50,122 nt of DNA, taken from Acidobacteriota bacterium (lineage in GTDB: Bacteria; Acidobacteriota; Blastocatellia; Pyrinomonadales; Pyrinomonadaceae). Positions 34,902 to 45,763 of the stretch are shown here, piece by piece. The stretch spans positions 1 to 50,122 of the forward strand of contig JANPDZ010000466.1 in assembly GCA_031431735.1 (NCBI GenBank), written 5' to 3'. A model generated the notes under the pieces. That model was not told the origin of the DNA. It searched no databases and was given only the letters and a program-made list of their open reading frames with translations. Numbering within the stretch: the first letter of the stretch is position 1; each line of letters begins with the position of its first letter. A program made the position numbers and the translations under genes.

Positions 34902-34977
34902 GATTTGGGATTTAGGATTGCGGATTGCGGATTGCTCGGTTATCAAATCCGCAATCCGCAATCCTAAATCCCAAATC
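34902..34977. repeat. GATTGCG heptamer hairpin (32-bp stem)
   Basis: GATTTGGGATTTAGGATTGCGGATTGCGGATT - GCTCGGTTATCA - AATCCGCAATCCGCAATCCTAAATCCCAAATC, between recR stop and plsC-like start. Confidence 0.85.
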
Positions 34978-34979
34978 CA

Positions 34980-35594
34980 TTAGATTTCATGGCGGTTTGC
35001 CATTGCTTTGTCCATCGTCACTTCGTCCACAAATTCCAAATCCGAACCGACCGGCATCCCCATCGCAATCCGCGTCACACGAACTCCCAATGGTTTCAGA
35101 AGACGCGCAATATAATTCGCCGTCGCTTCGCCTTCGGTCGTCGGATTCGTCGCGATGATGATCTCTTTGACCTCGACACCTTCATTATTATTCGGCATCA
35201 GACGCGGAAACAGATTCGCGATCATTAATTCATCGGGACCGATGCCGCGAATCGGTGACAGAGAGCCGTGCAAAATGTGATACAAACCTTTATAAGAACG
35301 TGTTTTTTCGATGGCGACGAGATTATAAGGTTCTTCGAGCACGCAAATCTGCGAACGGTCGCGCGTGGGCGAAGCGCAATACATACACGGATTGATGTCC
35401 GTCATATTGTTGCAAACGGAACAGAAAACGATTTTTTCCTTGACCTCGCGCAGCGCGTCAATAAAATTTTCGACTTCCGCGAGCGGACGGCGCAAGATAT
35501 GAAAAGCCAATCTTTGCGCTGATTTATGTCCGATTCCGGGCAGCCGCTTAAATTCGTCGATCAACTTGGCGACAGGTTCTGAATATTCCAACAT
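34980..35594 (-). CDS. recR: recombination protein RecR
   Basis: N-terminal Hh[19 protein letters not shown]4 zinc finger CSVCNN..CMYC, Toprim domain. Confidence 0.9.
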   Translation of the reverse strand: MLEYSEPVAKLIDEFKRLPGIGHKSAQRLAFHILRRPLAEVENFIDALREVKEKIVFCSVCNNMTDINPCMYCASPTRDRSQICVLEEPYNLVAIEKTRSYKGLYHILHGSLSPIRGIGPDELMIANLFPRLMPNNNEGVEVKEIIIATNPTTEGEATANYIARLLKPLGVRVTRIAMGMPVGSDLEFVDEVTMDKAMANRHEI

Positions 35595-35599
35595 ATTTC

Positions 35600-35698
35600 G
35601 ATTTGGGATGTCGGATTGCGGATTGCGGATTTATTTCAAGAGAGAAAACTTTGTTTCTCGTTAGATAAATCCGCAATCCGCAATCCCAAATCCGCAAT
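35600..35698. repeat. GATTGCG heptamer hairpin in the ybaB-recR spacer
   Basis: GATTTGGGATGTCGGATTGCGGATTGCGGATTTA .. TAAATCCGCAATCCGCAATCCCAAATCCGCAAT. Confidence 0.8.
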
Positions 35699-36003
35699 TA
35701 CATGAGTCCGGGCGGCAGCATTCCGCCGAGTTTTCCTTTGAGCGATTCTTCGACCTTGCGCCGCGCTTCATTGAGTGCCGCAACCGCCAGATCCTGAATC
35801 ATTTCGGTGTCGCCGTCTTTGACCAGATCGGGCGAGATCGTCAATTCCAAAACTTCAAAATCGCCGCGCATTTTGACCGTCACCGCGCCGCCGCCGGCGG
35901 ACGCGTCAACGGTCATCTGTTTCATTTCCTTGCCCATTTGCTCCTGCATTTTCTGGGCTTGTTTCATCATCGAATTCATATCAAATCCGCCTGGAAATTT
36001 CAT
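35698..36003 (-). CDS. ybaB: YbaB/EbfC-family nucleoid-associated protein
   Basis: ~100 aa, MMKQAQKMQEQM..VTV.M.GD.EV..L.I.P.LV.D.D.EMIQDL pattern; upstream of recR as usual. Confidence 0.85.
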   Translation of the reverse strand: MKFPGGFDMNSMMKQAQKMQEQMGKEMKQMTVDASAGGGAVTVKMRGDFEVLELTISPDLVKDGDTEMIQDLAVAALNEARRKVEESLKGKLGGMLPPGLM

Positions 36004-36198
36004 AATTTTTTTCTCATCCTTAAATATATAATTGCAAAAAAACTGTCCGGTAATTATAACATTTCATTTCTACAAATGTCTTTCGGCGGAAATTATACCG
36101 CAAATATTTTTTCTGAATGGTCTGTCAAATCTCTACCTGACACAAGTAAGTGATTCCTTACTTGCTTTTTGCGATCATCTGCATTACAAATTAATTTG

Positions 36199-37065
36199 AT
36201 GGAAATCAATTGGAAAAATAACGCCAAAAAGCCGTATCTGTTTCTCCAAAAAGCCGAATGGACCGGTCTGACGGTTCATCGGGCGCGTGTTTTGCCCGGT
36301 TCAATTGTTGAACACGCCAATCCGTATCACGAAGTTAATCTGTCAATTTCGGGCAATTTGATGACCGAGAAAATTTCGGCCGGCGGCAAACGCATCAGGA
36401 CAAAATGCGCGCCGGGAAATCTTTGCATCACGCCGGCAAATCAACTAATTGGTGCGTTTTGGGAAAAACCGTTGGACAATATGGGGTTTTTCCTTGAACC
36501 TGAGTTTGTGACCAAAACCGCTCTCGAAAATCGTTTTTCGTCCAATTTTGAATTTCACGAAGTGTACGAAGAAAAAGACCCGCTGATCCAGCATATCGGT
36601 CTCGCTCTGCTTGCCGAATCAAATACGAAAAGCAACGCCGGAAGGCTTTACGCCGATTCGCTGATTCAATCGCTGACGCTTCATCTTTTGAAAAATTACA
36701 GCAACGCCGCCACCGTTCAAGAGAACATTAACGGCGGACTTTCGGGCTACAAATTACGCCGCGTGCAGGAATTTATCAACGCGAACCTCGAGGAAGATCT
36801 GTCTTTGGCAGAAATTGCCGAAGTCGCCGATCTGAGCCAATTTCATTTTGCCCGCGCCTTCCGCAAATCAACCAATCTGACACCGCAGCAATATCTGATG
36901 CAGCAGCGCATCGAACGCGCCAAAGAACTTCTGGCAAAAGAAGATCTGCCGATCGTCGAAATCAGTCTGCGGACAGGCTTCAAAAATCAAAGCCATTTCA
37001 CGACGCTTTTCCGCAAATTCACGAAATTTACCCCGAAACTCTGGCGCGAACTCAAGCACGCTTAA
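36199..37065 (+). CDS. AraC-family transcriptional regulator
   Basis: C-terminal double HTH (LSLAEIAEVADLSQFHFARAFRKSTNLTPQQYLMQQRIERAKELL .. IVEISLRTGFKNQSHFTTLFRKF). Confidence 0.8.
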   Translation: MEINWKNNAKKPYLFLQKAEWTGLTVHRARVLPGSIVEHANPYHEVNLSISGNLMTEKISAGGKRIRTKCAPGNLCITPANQLIGAFWEKPLDNMGFFLEPEFVTKTALENRFSSNFEFHEVYEEKDPLIQHIGLALLAESNTKSNAGRLYADSLIQSLTLHLLKNYSNAATVQENINGGLSGYKLRRVQEFINANLEEDLSLAEIAEVADLSQFHFARAFRKSTNLTPQQYLMQQRIERAKELLAKEDLPIVEISLRTGFKNQSHFTTLFRKFTKFTPKLWRELKHA

Positions 37066-37180
37066 GAAAGGGAAAAAGGGTAAAAGGGTAAAAGTTTGCT
37101 CATTCGTAGGCAATCAAACTTTTACCCTTTTACCCTTTTACCCTTTTACCCTTTTACCCTTTTACCCTTTTACCCTTTTA
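37066..37180. repeat. GGGTAAAA octamer hairpin with unequal arms (second copy of family)
   Basis: Left arm 2-3 units, loop GTTTGCTCATTCGTAGGCAATCAAAC, right arm 7 units of ACCCTTTT. Confidence 0.85.
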
Positions 37181-37284
37181 AAGAGCAATTTCAGAACACA
37201 AACCGCAAACAGCCGAAAGATTTTCATCGAACGAATTTTCTAAAATCATTTCAGACTATAAAAGTCTAAGGAGATATTTAGATA

Positions 37285-37989
37285 ATGAAACGAATAATTT
37301 TGAGCATTTTTGTTATATTGGCGGCATTGGTTTTCAGCGTTTCGGCGCAATTTTTCGAAACACGGCAGACGTTTGAAAAAGGAATTGATCTGGCAAATGC
37401 CGGAAAATACGAAACGGCACTCGGCGATTTCAAAAAATCTCTGCGGCTTGCCGAATCAGAGGATACGGACAATAAATTTCGCGCTAAAATTCATTTCAAC
37501 ATCGGCGTTTGTCTTTATCAATTAAAGCAAAACACAGAAGCCGTCGCGGAATTTGAGCAAGCCATCAAACTCGGCAAAGGCGATTACGAAAAAGCGTTTT
37601 ACGCGCTCGGAATGGCGCAGGCCGAATTGAAAAACTGGCAGTCGGCCGAACAAGCATTTCGTGGCGCGATCCGGTTAAATAAACGCAACGGCGAATCGTG
37701 GTTCGATCTGGCGTTTGTTTATCTGGCGCAAAACGATCTCGACGCGGCGCGAAATGCGTTTCAGAGATCAATCGAATTAAAAAGCGTCGCGACTTCGATC
37801 GGACATAATAATCTCGGCGTGCTTTTTGCGATGAACGGCGATATAAGTTCCGCCGTCAAGGAATTTGAAACCGCGCTAAAACAATCGAAAGGGAAATTTG
37901 CGGTCGCCGAACGCAACTTGCAATTCTGTAAATCGTTGGGGCAAAATTTCAATCAGGAGTTGATGGCAAAATTAGAATTTACAAAGTAG
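37285..37989 (+). CDS. secreted TPR-repeat protein
   Basis: RBS AAGGAG; signal peptide; repeated A..F..A(I/L)..(N/K)P.. TPR pattern. Confidence 0.7.
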   Translation: MKRIILSIFVILAALVFSVSAQFFETRQTFEKGIDLANAGKYETALGDFKKSLRLAESEDTDNKFRAKIHFNIGVCLYQLKQNTEAVAEFEQAIKLGKGDYEKAFYALGMAQAELKNWQSAEQAFRGAIRLNKRNGESWFDLAFVYLAQNDLDAARNAFQRSIELKSVATSIGHNNLGVLFAMNGDISSAVKEFETALKQSKGKFAVAERNLQFCKSLGQNFNQELMAKLEFTK

Positions 37990-38061
37990 TTTTGAGTCCC
38001 GCCTTCAGGCGGCTTTCGCTTCGACAGTCGAAAAACGCCGCCTCAAGGCGGGACTCAGAAC
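37989..38061. repeat. GAGTCC-type hairpin
   Basis: GTTTTGAGTCCCGCCTTCAGGCGGC .. GCCGCCTCAAGGCGGGACTCAGAAC; begins like the core at 27745. Confidence 0.7.
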
Positions 38062-38073
38062 ATTGGAGAAAAT

Positions 38074-38526
38074 ATGGAAAAACAAAATGATGTAATGGCG
38101 ATCTTAAAACTTTATGAACTGCGGCGCGAGCCGGCAATGCGTGAATCGCGGCAATGGTATTTTTCTGCTTTCGCGCCCCGCTCGGCGATGGACATAATTG
38201 CGCTCTTTCGCGCGGGAGAACGCGAGAGTGCAAATCTACGGATGATAACTTCTTATTGGGATATGGCGGCATCGTTCGTCCTGAACGGCGGAATTGACGA
38301 AAAAATGTTTCTCGATGCGGGCAGCGAATATATTTTCGTTTACGCCAAGATCCAACCGTTTTTAGCCGAGATCCGCCAAATGTTTCAAGAACCTGATTAC
38401 TTGATAAATCTCGAAACGCTGGTGATGAAAATTCCCGGCGTTGAAGCCAAACTCGAAGCACGAAAACGTCTCGCGGTCATTTGGACGAAAGAAGAAAAAG
38501 AAATTTCAGCGACCGAAAACATCTAA
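38074..38526 (+). CDS. hypothetical protein
   Basis: 150-aa ORF with RBS-like GGAGAA; no motif recognised. Confidence 0.5.
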   Translation: MEKQNDVMAILKLYELRREPAMRESRQWYFSAFAPRSAMDIIALFRAGERESANLRMITSYWDMAASFVLNGGIDEKMFLDAGSEYIFVYAKIQPFLAEIRQMFQEPDYLINLETLVMKIPGVEAKLEARKRLAVIWTKEEKEISATENI

Positions 38527-38547
38527 AAATTAAAACACAAACTTTAC

Positions 38548-38604
38548 GCTTCGGGCAGAAGATTTTTATTCATCAAAGATGATAAAAATTCTCTGCCCGA
38601 AGGC
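38548..38604 (+). terminator. long hairpin downstream of 38074..38526
   Basis: GCTTCGGGCAGAAGATTTTTATTCATC / GATGATAAAAATTCTCTGCCCGAAGGC imperfect ~26-bp stem followed by TTTTC. Confidence 0.45.
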
Positions 38605-38818
38605 TTTTCAGCACCGAAAAAAGTTAAGTTGACGGAATAGAAATTGCCTTTTTGCCTAGTTTTTATCGGCATTTCACAAAAAAATATTTTTCGTTTTTTT
38701 TTCAGACTTTTTCATAATTCCCCGTGTCTAAGCTAGCCATAAGAAGAGTGAAAAATACTTCTTAAATCAGGCTCGCGGTGCGCCTTAAAAGTGCCGCAAT
38801 GAAAGAGGAGAAAAAATT

Positions 38819-39421
38819 ATGAGAACAATAAAATGGATACGAAATTTAGTTTTTGGAATGGCAATTATTTTCGGAGTGCAAAGCTCGGCGTTTGCGGCGC
38901 AATCGATCGCGACGGTCGGGACGAACACTTCGGCGGCAAATGTCTTCTATACCGGCGGCGTTGGCGGAAACTTGAATATTATGACGAACAACGCTTTTTT
39001 GAGAAGCAAATTCGGATTTGGATTCGCTCCGAATGTCACGGTTCAGTTTTCGCAGATGGTCGCCATACCGGGAACATATGTTTTTAACGCTGACGGTGTT
39101 TGGCATCTGTGGCTCAGAGACCCGAATAACGGTTTTACTACTTTTGTGGTGACTGATAATACAAACGGCAATATTTTGCTGCGCGGCAGATTTCAAAAAG
39201 CGATTTTGCACGGGCGGACAGGCTCGTCATCGCTGGCGATAACCTTGCCGTTCGATAATGTTTCATACAATCAGGCTTCGCTCGCATTTCCGGCGGGCTT
39301 TGAGTTCGTGAACGGTTCGTTTTCGATCGCGATTCTGTCGCAAGTTCCGCTGATTGCCGACCCGATGGCGGGACCGATGGCTTTTAATGCCAACGGCGAC
39401 ATCAATTTCGGAGCTGAATAA
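38819..39421 (+). CDS. hypothetical secreted protein
   Basis: RBS GAGGAG; signal peptide ..VQSSAFAAQS; no motif recognised. Confidence 0.55.
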   Translation: MRTIKWIRNLVFGMAIIFGVQSSAFAAQSIATVGTNTSAANVFYTGGVGGNLNIMTNNAFLRSKFGFGFAPNVTVQFSQMVAIPGTYVFNADGVWHLWLRDPNNGFTTFVVTDNTNGNILLRGRFQKAILHGRTGSSSLAITLPFDNVSYNQASLAFPAGFEFVNGSFSIAILSQVPLIADPMAGPMAFNANGDINFGAE

Positions 39422-39532
39422 AGGGTAATTTCGGCGTGTCGCCTGACGGAAAATTCGGGCGGCACGCCGTTTTTGAAAATAGAAAAGTGACGGCGGTTTC
39501 TCTTAAAAAACCTGCCAAAGATAGGAGAATTT

Positions 39533-39925
39533 ATGACTGAAACGGAAAAAGATCTAATAATTTGTATGTCGTGTATGGCTCCCAATGATAAATCGGATGA
39601 TTTTTGTCAGAACTGCCGCGCGTCACTCGCCACAACGTCAACGCTCGACCCGCTGCAAACAATTCAAAATGAAGGATCTCTTTGGCGGAAAGCGACTTCG
39701 GAACGCCCGAAATTTATAGTCGTTTTGGGAATGTGGGTTTTGTTTCTGCCCTGGATTGTCGGAACCATCGTGATAGAGGCGAGCATTATTATCAATTGGG
39801 ATGGATTTTCGAGCCTGATTTTTTTCTGGATCGGTGTCGCGCTCTTTCTGATTGCTCTCAATATGTTATTTACCGTAACGAAAAACTATTTGACGATGCC
39901 CGAAAAGACCGGCGCGGCAAAATGA
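39533..39925 (+). CDS. hypothetical zinc-ribbon membrane protein
   Basis: CMSC..FCQNC Cys pairs followed by three hydrophobic helices. Confidence 0.5.
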   Translation: MTETEKDLIICMSCMAPNDKSDDFCQNCRASLATTSTLDPLQTIQNEGSLWRKATSERPKFIVVLGMWVLFLPWIVGTIVIEASIIINWDGFSSLIFFWIGVALFLIALNMLFTVTKNYLTMPEKTGAAK

Positions 39926-39968
39926 GAAGCGGAGCGAAAATCTATTTTTAACAGTAGGAGAGAAAATT

Positions 39969-40280
39969 ATGAAAAAGATTTATTTGATAATGGCAAGTAT
40001 TTTTTTGATATCGGGTCTTTCGATCAGCGTTTTTGCTCAAAAACAGTCGAACAAAAAAAGACCGACTACCGCCACGGTTCGCCGCACCGAATCGGTCAGC
40101 AATAACGAAAAAATTACAATTGGCGGTAATCGTTCTTCAATCGGAAGAAAAAATCAGGACATCGAAGTCGAAAACGATGAAACTCATTGGCGCAGAAATA
40201 GGCAAATGCAAAGCAATTCCGTGGTTTTCGAGCCGAACGACGAACCTTTGTGGGTAAGAAGAAGAAACTATTTACATTAA
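39969..40280 (+). CDS. small hypothetical secreted basic protein
   Basis: RBS AGGAGAG; signal peptide MKKIYLIMASIFLISGLSISVFAQ. Confidence 0.45.
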   Translation: MKKIYLIMASIFLISGLSISVFAQKQSNKKRPTTATVRRTESVSNNEKITIGGNRSSIGRKNQDIEVENDETHWRRNRQMQSNSVVFEPNDEPLWVRRRNYLH

Positions 40281-40324
40281 CTTTTAACTCAGGGCGCGGC
40301 GTGTTATAAATCAAACATTGCTTT

Positions 40325-42481
<2,157 letters not shown>

Positions 42482-42891
42482 TCCCAAAGTCCTGGAGCGG
42501 ATTTTGTTTGAATGTCCGGTGAACGCGGACGGCAATTTGCCGATCTGCGTTCCGAGGTTGAAGCCTCAGCAACAAAATACGCTCCGCATTTGTTGGACAT
42601 CTTGCGCCAAGCCCTTAACTTAACGCCATTGGCGCAAAGCAACACTTGCTGACCTTTTGATGGTTTTATCTGGTCTTTTTAACTTCAACTTGAATTATTA
42701 TCTAGCTTTAACAAAGAAGTTAAAAATAATTTCAGGTCGGGAAGGGGCGCTTGCGCCCGCTCAAGTCAAAACATATTCAATTCAAAAAAAAAAGAATCCC
42801 CATTCAAGAGACGCGCCTTTGATCGAAGAAAAGAAGCAGGTTTTCATCCATTAAGTTTTGCTTGTAATTTTCCGAAGTTTGCCGTTAAACT

Positions 42892-42972
42892 GTGGGTGTA
42901 GATTTTGAATGGGACGGCAACAAAAGCGAGCTGAACATTAAAAATCACGGGCTTGATTTTGCGGATGTTTGA
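42892..42972 (+). pseudogene. truncated BrnT (DUF497) toxin remnant
   Basis: VGVDFEWDGNKSELNIKNHGLDFADV* keeps only the FEWD..K...N..KHG..F N-terminal motif (26 codons). Confidence 0.55.
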
Positions 42973-43002
42973 CAGATGTTTGAATAGCCGATAATTGTAA
43001 CG

Positions 43003-43222
43003 ATGACGGACAAAGAAATTGACGTTTCCGACATTCCACCGCTTGGTGAAAAGTTTTTTGCCAAACGCTAAACTCCGTCTGCCGAAAGGCAAGGTCAGCG
43101 TTCTTTTGACCGTTGCCGAAGAAACAAGCGATTGGTATCAAGCACAAGGTAAAGAAGCCAAAGAATTAATGACCGTCGCTTTCAGAATCTACGCCGAAGC
43201 ACATAAAGAAATCCATCGTTAA
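43003..43222 (+). pseudogene. frameshifted BrnA (DUF4415) antitoxin
   Basis: MTDKEIDVSDIPPLGEKFFAKR* then, shifted in a T-run near 43054-43062, NAKLRLPKGKVSVLLTVAEETSDWYQAQGKEAKELMTVAFRIYAEAHKEIHR*. Confidence 0.6.
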
Positions 43223-43287
43223 GGATTTCATTTCAAAGCCCGACAAATCAATTAACGATTTTCGCACCCGTCGCTTTCAGCGATTTT

Positions 43288-43336
43288 GTAATGCCTCAGT
43301 AAAAATTAGGAATTCATATTTTTACTGAGGCGTTAC
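43288..43336. mobile_element. minimal copy (termini only) of the GTAATGCCTCAGTAAAAA element
   Basis: GTAATGCCTCAGTAAAAATTAGGAATTCATATTTTTACTGAGGCGTTAC. Confidence 0.55.
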
Positions 43337-43402
43337 TGGTAGATTGCAAATTTCCGGTTTCTGAATTGCAAAATGCGGTATAATCATCTGCGGAAGTTTA
43401 TT

Positions 43403-43427
43403 AAATCCGAAATCCGAAATCCGAAAT
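43403..43427. repeat. tandem heptamer array AAATCCG x3
   Basis: AAATCCGAAATCCGAAATCCGAAATT just upstream of ATG 43434. Confidence 0.7.
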
Positions 43428-43433
43428 TGAAAT

Positions 43434-43967
43434 ATGCCTTCAGGAAAAACACACGACGCAATCACATTTCTCTTTGTCGCACCCGTTTTTGTGGCGGCGT
43501 GGCGCGTTACCGAAAACACTGCGATTTCCGCCGTCATCACATTTGCCTTTTTATTTGGCGGATTGATGTTTGGTCCTGATCTGGACACGATGAGCAAACA
43601 ATATACGCGCTGGGGAATTTTGCGTTTTTTGTGGTTTCCTTATCAGAAATTTTTCGCACATCGTTCGCGCTGGTCGCACGGACTTGTTTTCGGAACCTTT
43701 CTGCGCGTCGTTTATTTTATGGGCGCATTGACGCTCATTGCCTTTGCCGTTGTTTATATTTACGCGAGTTATGCCGGCGGCAACTTGCCTGATCTGCTGG
43801 AAATGGCGAAGACCTGGGGTGAACTCGGCGAAATGGTTCGTAAAAACATCGGTGAATATTTTTTACCGTCCGTTTTTGTCGGATTGTGGCTCGGCGCGGC
43901 AAGCCATACGCTGACCGATATGGCGGGAACATTCGTCAAAACCAGAAGAATTACGGAATTCTTATAA
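43434..43967 (+). CDS. membrane protein, DUF2227-like putative metal-binding protein
   Basis: MPSGKTHD N-terminus, several TM helices, conserved His clusters (HRSRWSHG, ASHTLTD). Confidence 0.45.
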   Translation: MPSGKTHDAITFLFVAPVFVAAWRVTENTAISAVITFAFLFGGLMFGPDLDTMSKQYTRWGILRFLWFPYQKFFAHRSRWSHGLVFGTFLRVVYFMGALTLIAFAVVYIYASYAGGNLPDLLEMAKTWGELGEMVRKNIGEYFLPSVFVGLWLGAASHTLTDMAGTFVKTRRITEFL

Positions 43968-43971
43968 TTTT

Positions 43972-44040
43972 GGATTTGAGATTGCGGATTGCGGATTTGA
44001 AGAAAAACAATCCCAAATCCCAAATCCGCAATCCCAAATT
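43972..44040. repeat. GATTGCG heptamer hairpin between convergent genes
   Basis: GGATTTGAGATTGCGGATTGCGGATTTG .. CAATCCCAAATCCCAAATCCGCAATCCCAAATT. Confidence 0.75.
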
Positions 44041-44043
44041 GAA

Positions 44044-45285
44044 TCATCTGCCCGCTCGTGCGTTTGCGAGCCGCAGCGACTGTTTGCGGACGGCATCGGA
44101 AACATTGCGATTTTTCGACATTGCGAGTAAATCGCGAAGTTGCAGACGCGTCAGAATACTGATTACATTGCCCATCGGCGTTCGCGGGTTCGATGCCAAT
44201 TTGAGCATGATCTGATAATTTCGCGCCCACGCCCGGTTGATCGCGATCATCCGCAAAACATCTTCGGGAACCGATTTCATCGAAGCGATTTTTTCCACTT
44301 CCTGTTCGGTAATGCGGTTATTCTGGATAACTGCCTGCGCGACGATGCGGTTTGGATCGCGAATCAGAATATTTCGTGCTTCGCGGTCGCCTTTCATCGC
44401 CAATTTTACGCGGTCTTTCATACCCATTTTCAGAATGCGATTGATCATCGAAATCCGTTCGCCGGAAATCGAATCTTCCTCGAATTTGAGTTCGCCCAAG
44501 ATCTTGTCAACAATGGCCGCACGTTCTTCGGGCGATTCTTCGTAGAGTTCTTCGATAAATTCGAGCGACAGCCAACTGTCATCAACCTCGTCGTCGGGAA
44601 CTTCGATATGTTGGGCAAGCAGAATCGCGTCGTCAAAACTGATTTCAAAACCTTTCGGGTCATCGGAGATCGCCGCCTTTTCGATAAATTCAGCCGCCGC
44701 TTCTTTACCTTGGGCGCGAAGCTCGCTGGCGATTTGCTGGGCGCCGCGTTCTTTTTCAAAAAACTCGCGTTTGACTTCCTGGGCGCGGCGTTCGGCTTCT
44801 GATGTCCGATAGGTATTGGCGATGATCGCATCAATGATCGCCGGGGCTTTGATCAAAAGCTGTTGATTAAAGGAGATCAATTCGAGAAGGTCGCCACTGG
44901 TCGTTTTTCGGGCAAGTTTGACGATCGATTGTTCGGGCGTTCGCGTATTTTGAACGATTGCTTCGCAAATCTCGTTTGGCAGATTTTCGTAATCGGAGAA
45001 AAAATCCAGTACACGCGGCGCAACTTCGTGTGATTGAACAACATCTTTGAGAGATGTTGCGATCTGCGAGGAAATAGTCTGACGCGCATTTTCGGCAAGG
45101 TTCGCATCCGGGTTATCGGCCAATGCAACCAAGATCTCAAGTAAATCGTTTTGCGCCAAAGGCAGCAGTCCACGCGCGGCAGCCATCTTGACAGGCTGCG
45201 GCGCAGTTCCCCCAATGATGGATTTGACGACCGGGTTTGTCGAATTTACTTCAAAATTCATAAAATTGGCTGGATATTTCGGCAA
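44044..45285 (-). CDS. hypothetical helical-repeat (HEAT/ARM-like) protein
   Basis: 413-aa ORF, acidic, repeated leucine-rich helical segments; no catalytic motif recognised. Confidence 0.5.
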   Translation of the reverse strand: MPKYPANFMNFEVNSTNPVVKSIIGGTAPQPVKMAAARGLLPLAQNDLLEILVALADNPDANLAENARQTISSQIATSLKDVVQSHEVAPRVLDFFSDYENLPNEICEAIVQNTRTPEQSIVKLARKTTSGDLLELISFNQQLLIKAPAIIDAIIANTYRTSEAERRAQEVKREFFEKERGAQQIASELRAQGKEAAAEFIEKAAISDDPKGFEISFDDAILLAQHIEVPDDEVDDSWLSLEFIEELYEESPEERAAIVDKILGELKFEEDSISGERISMINRILKMGMKDRVKLAMKGDREARNILIRDPNRIVAQAVIQNNRITEQEVEKIASMKSVPEDVLRMIAINRAWARNYQIMLKLASNPRTPMGNVISILTRLQLRDLLAMSKNRNVSDAVRKQSLRLANARAGR

Positions 45286-45350
45286 TTAGGAGTTTTCTGT
45301 TATCAGGCAAGTCCGCAAAAAAGACTTGCAGGCAAATATTATAACATAAC

Positions 45351-45530
45351 CTGAGTCGCGAGTTGAGAGTCGCGAGTCGCGAGTCGTTTGAAATATGACG
45401 CGCATCAAACAGATTTTTCCGGCATCTTTCCAAATGGGTCGTAGAAATCGAAGATTTGATGAGATTCGGCCTCACAAATCACTGACGCACACCCGACTCG
45501 CGACTCGCGACTCTCAACTCACGACTCGGA
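45351..45530. repeat. GAGTCGC heptamer inverted arms separated by ~105 nt
   Basis: CTGAGTCGCGAGTTGAGAGTCGCGAGTCGCGAGTCG (45351-45387) versus CGACTCGCGACTCGCGACTCTCAACTCACGACTCGG (45494-45529). Confidence 0.8.
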
Positions 45531-45763
45531 TTAACATAAACCGCTTAATGCCAAACCAAGCAGATTTGTTGGAGCAATTTGACAATTAGAGCAAGTGTTT
45601 TCACAATATAAATTCATCTTTTCCAACAAAAAGATGCGGATTGAAACGACTATCGAAAAAGCATAAATTAAATTAAGATTTTGCGGAAAAAAGCCCCTTT
45701 TCTTCGCAAAATAAACCTTATTGATAAAGCATTTATATTTTGAATCCAAAAAGAACAATAAAA

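Noticed and set aside
45395-45589. 64-aa ORF in the spacer between the GAGTCGC arms
   Set aside because: It has no RBS, an Arg-rich low-complexity translation, and runs into the repeat arm. The region is more likely non-coding.
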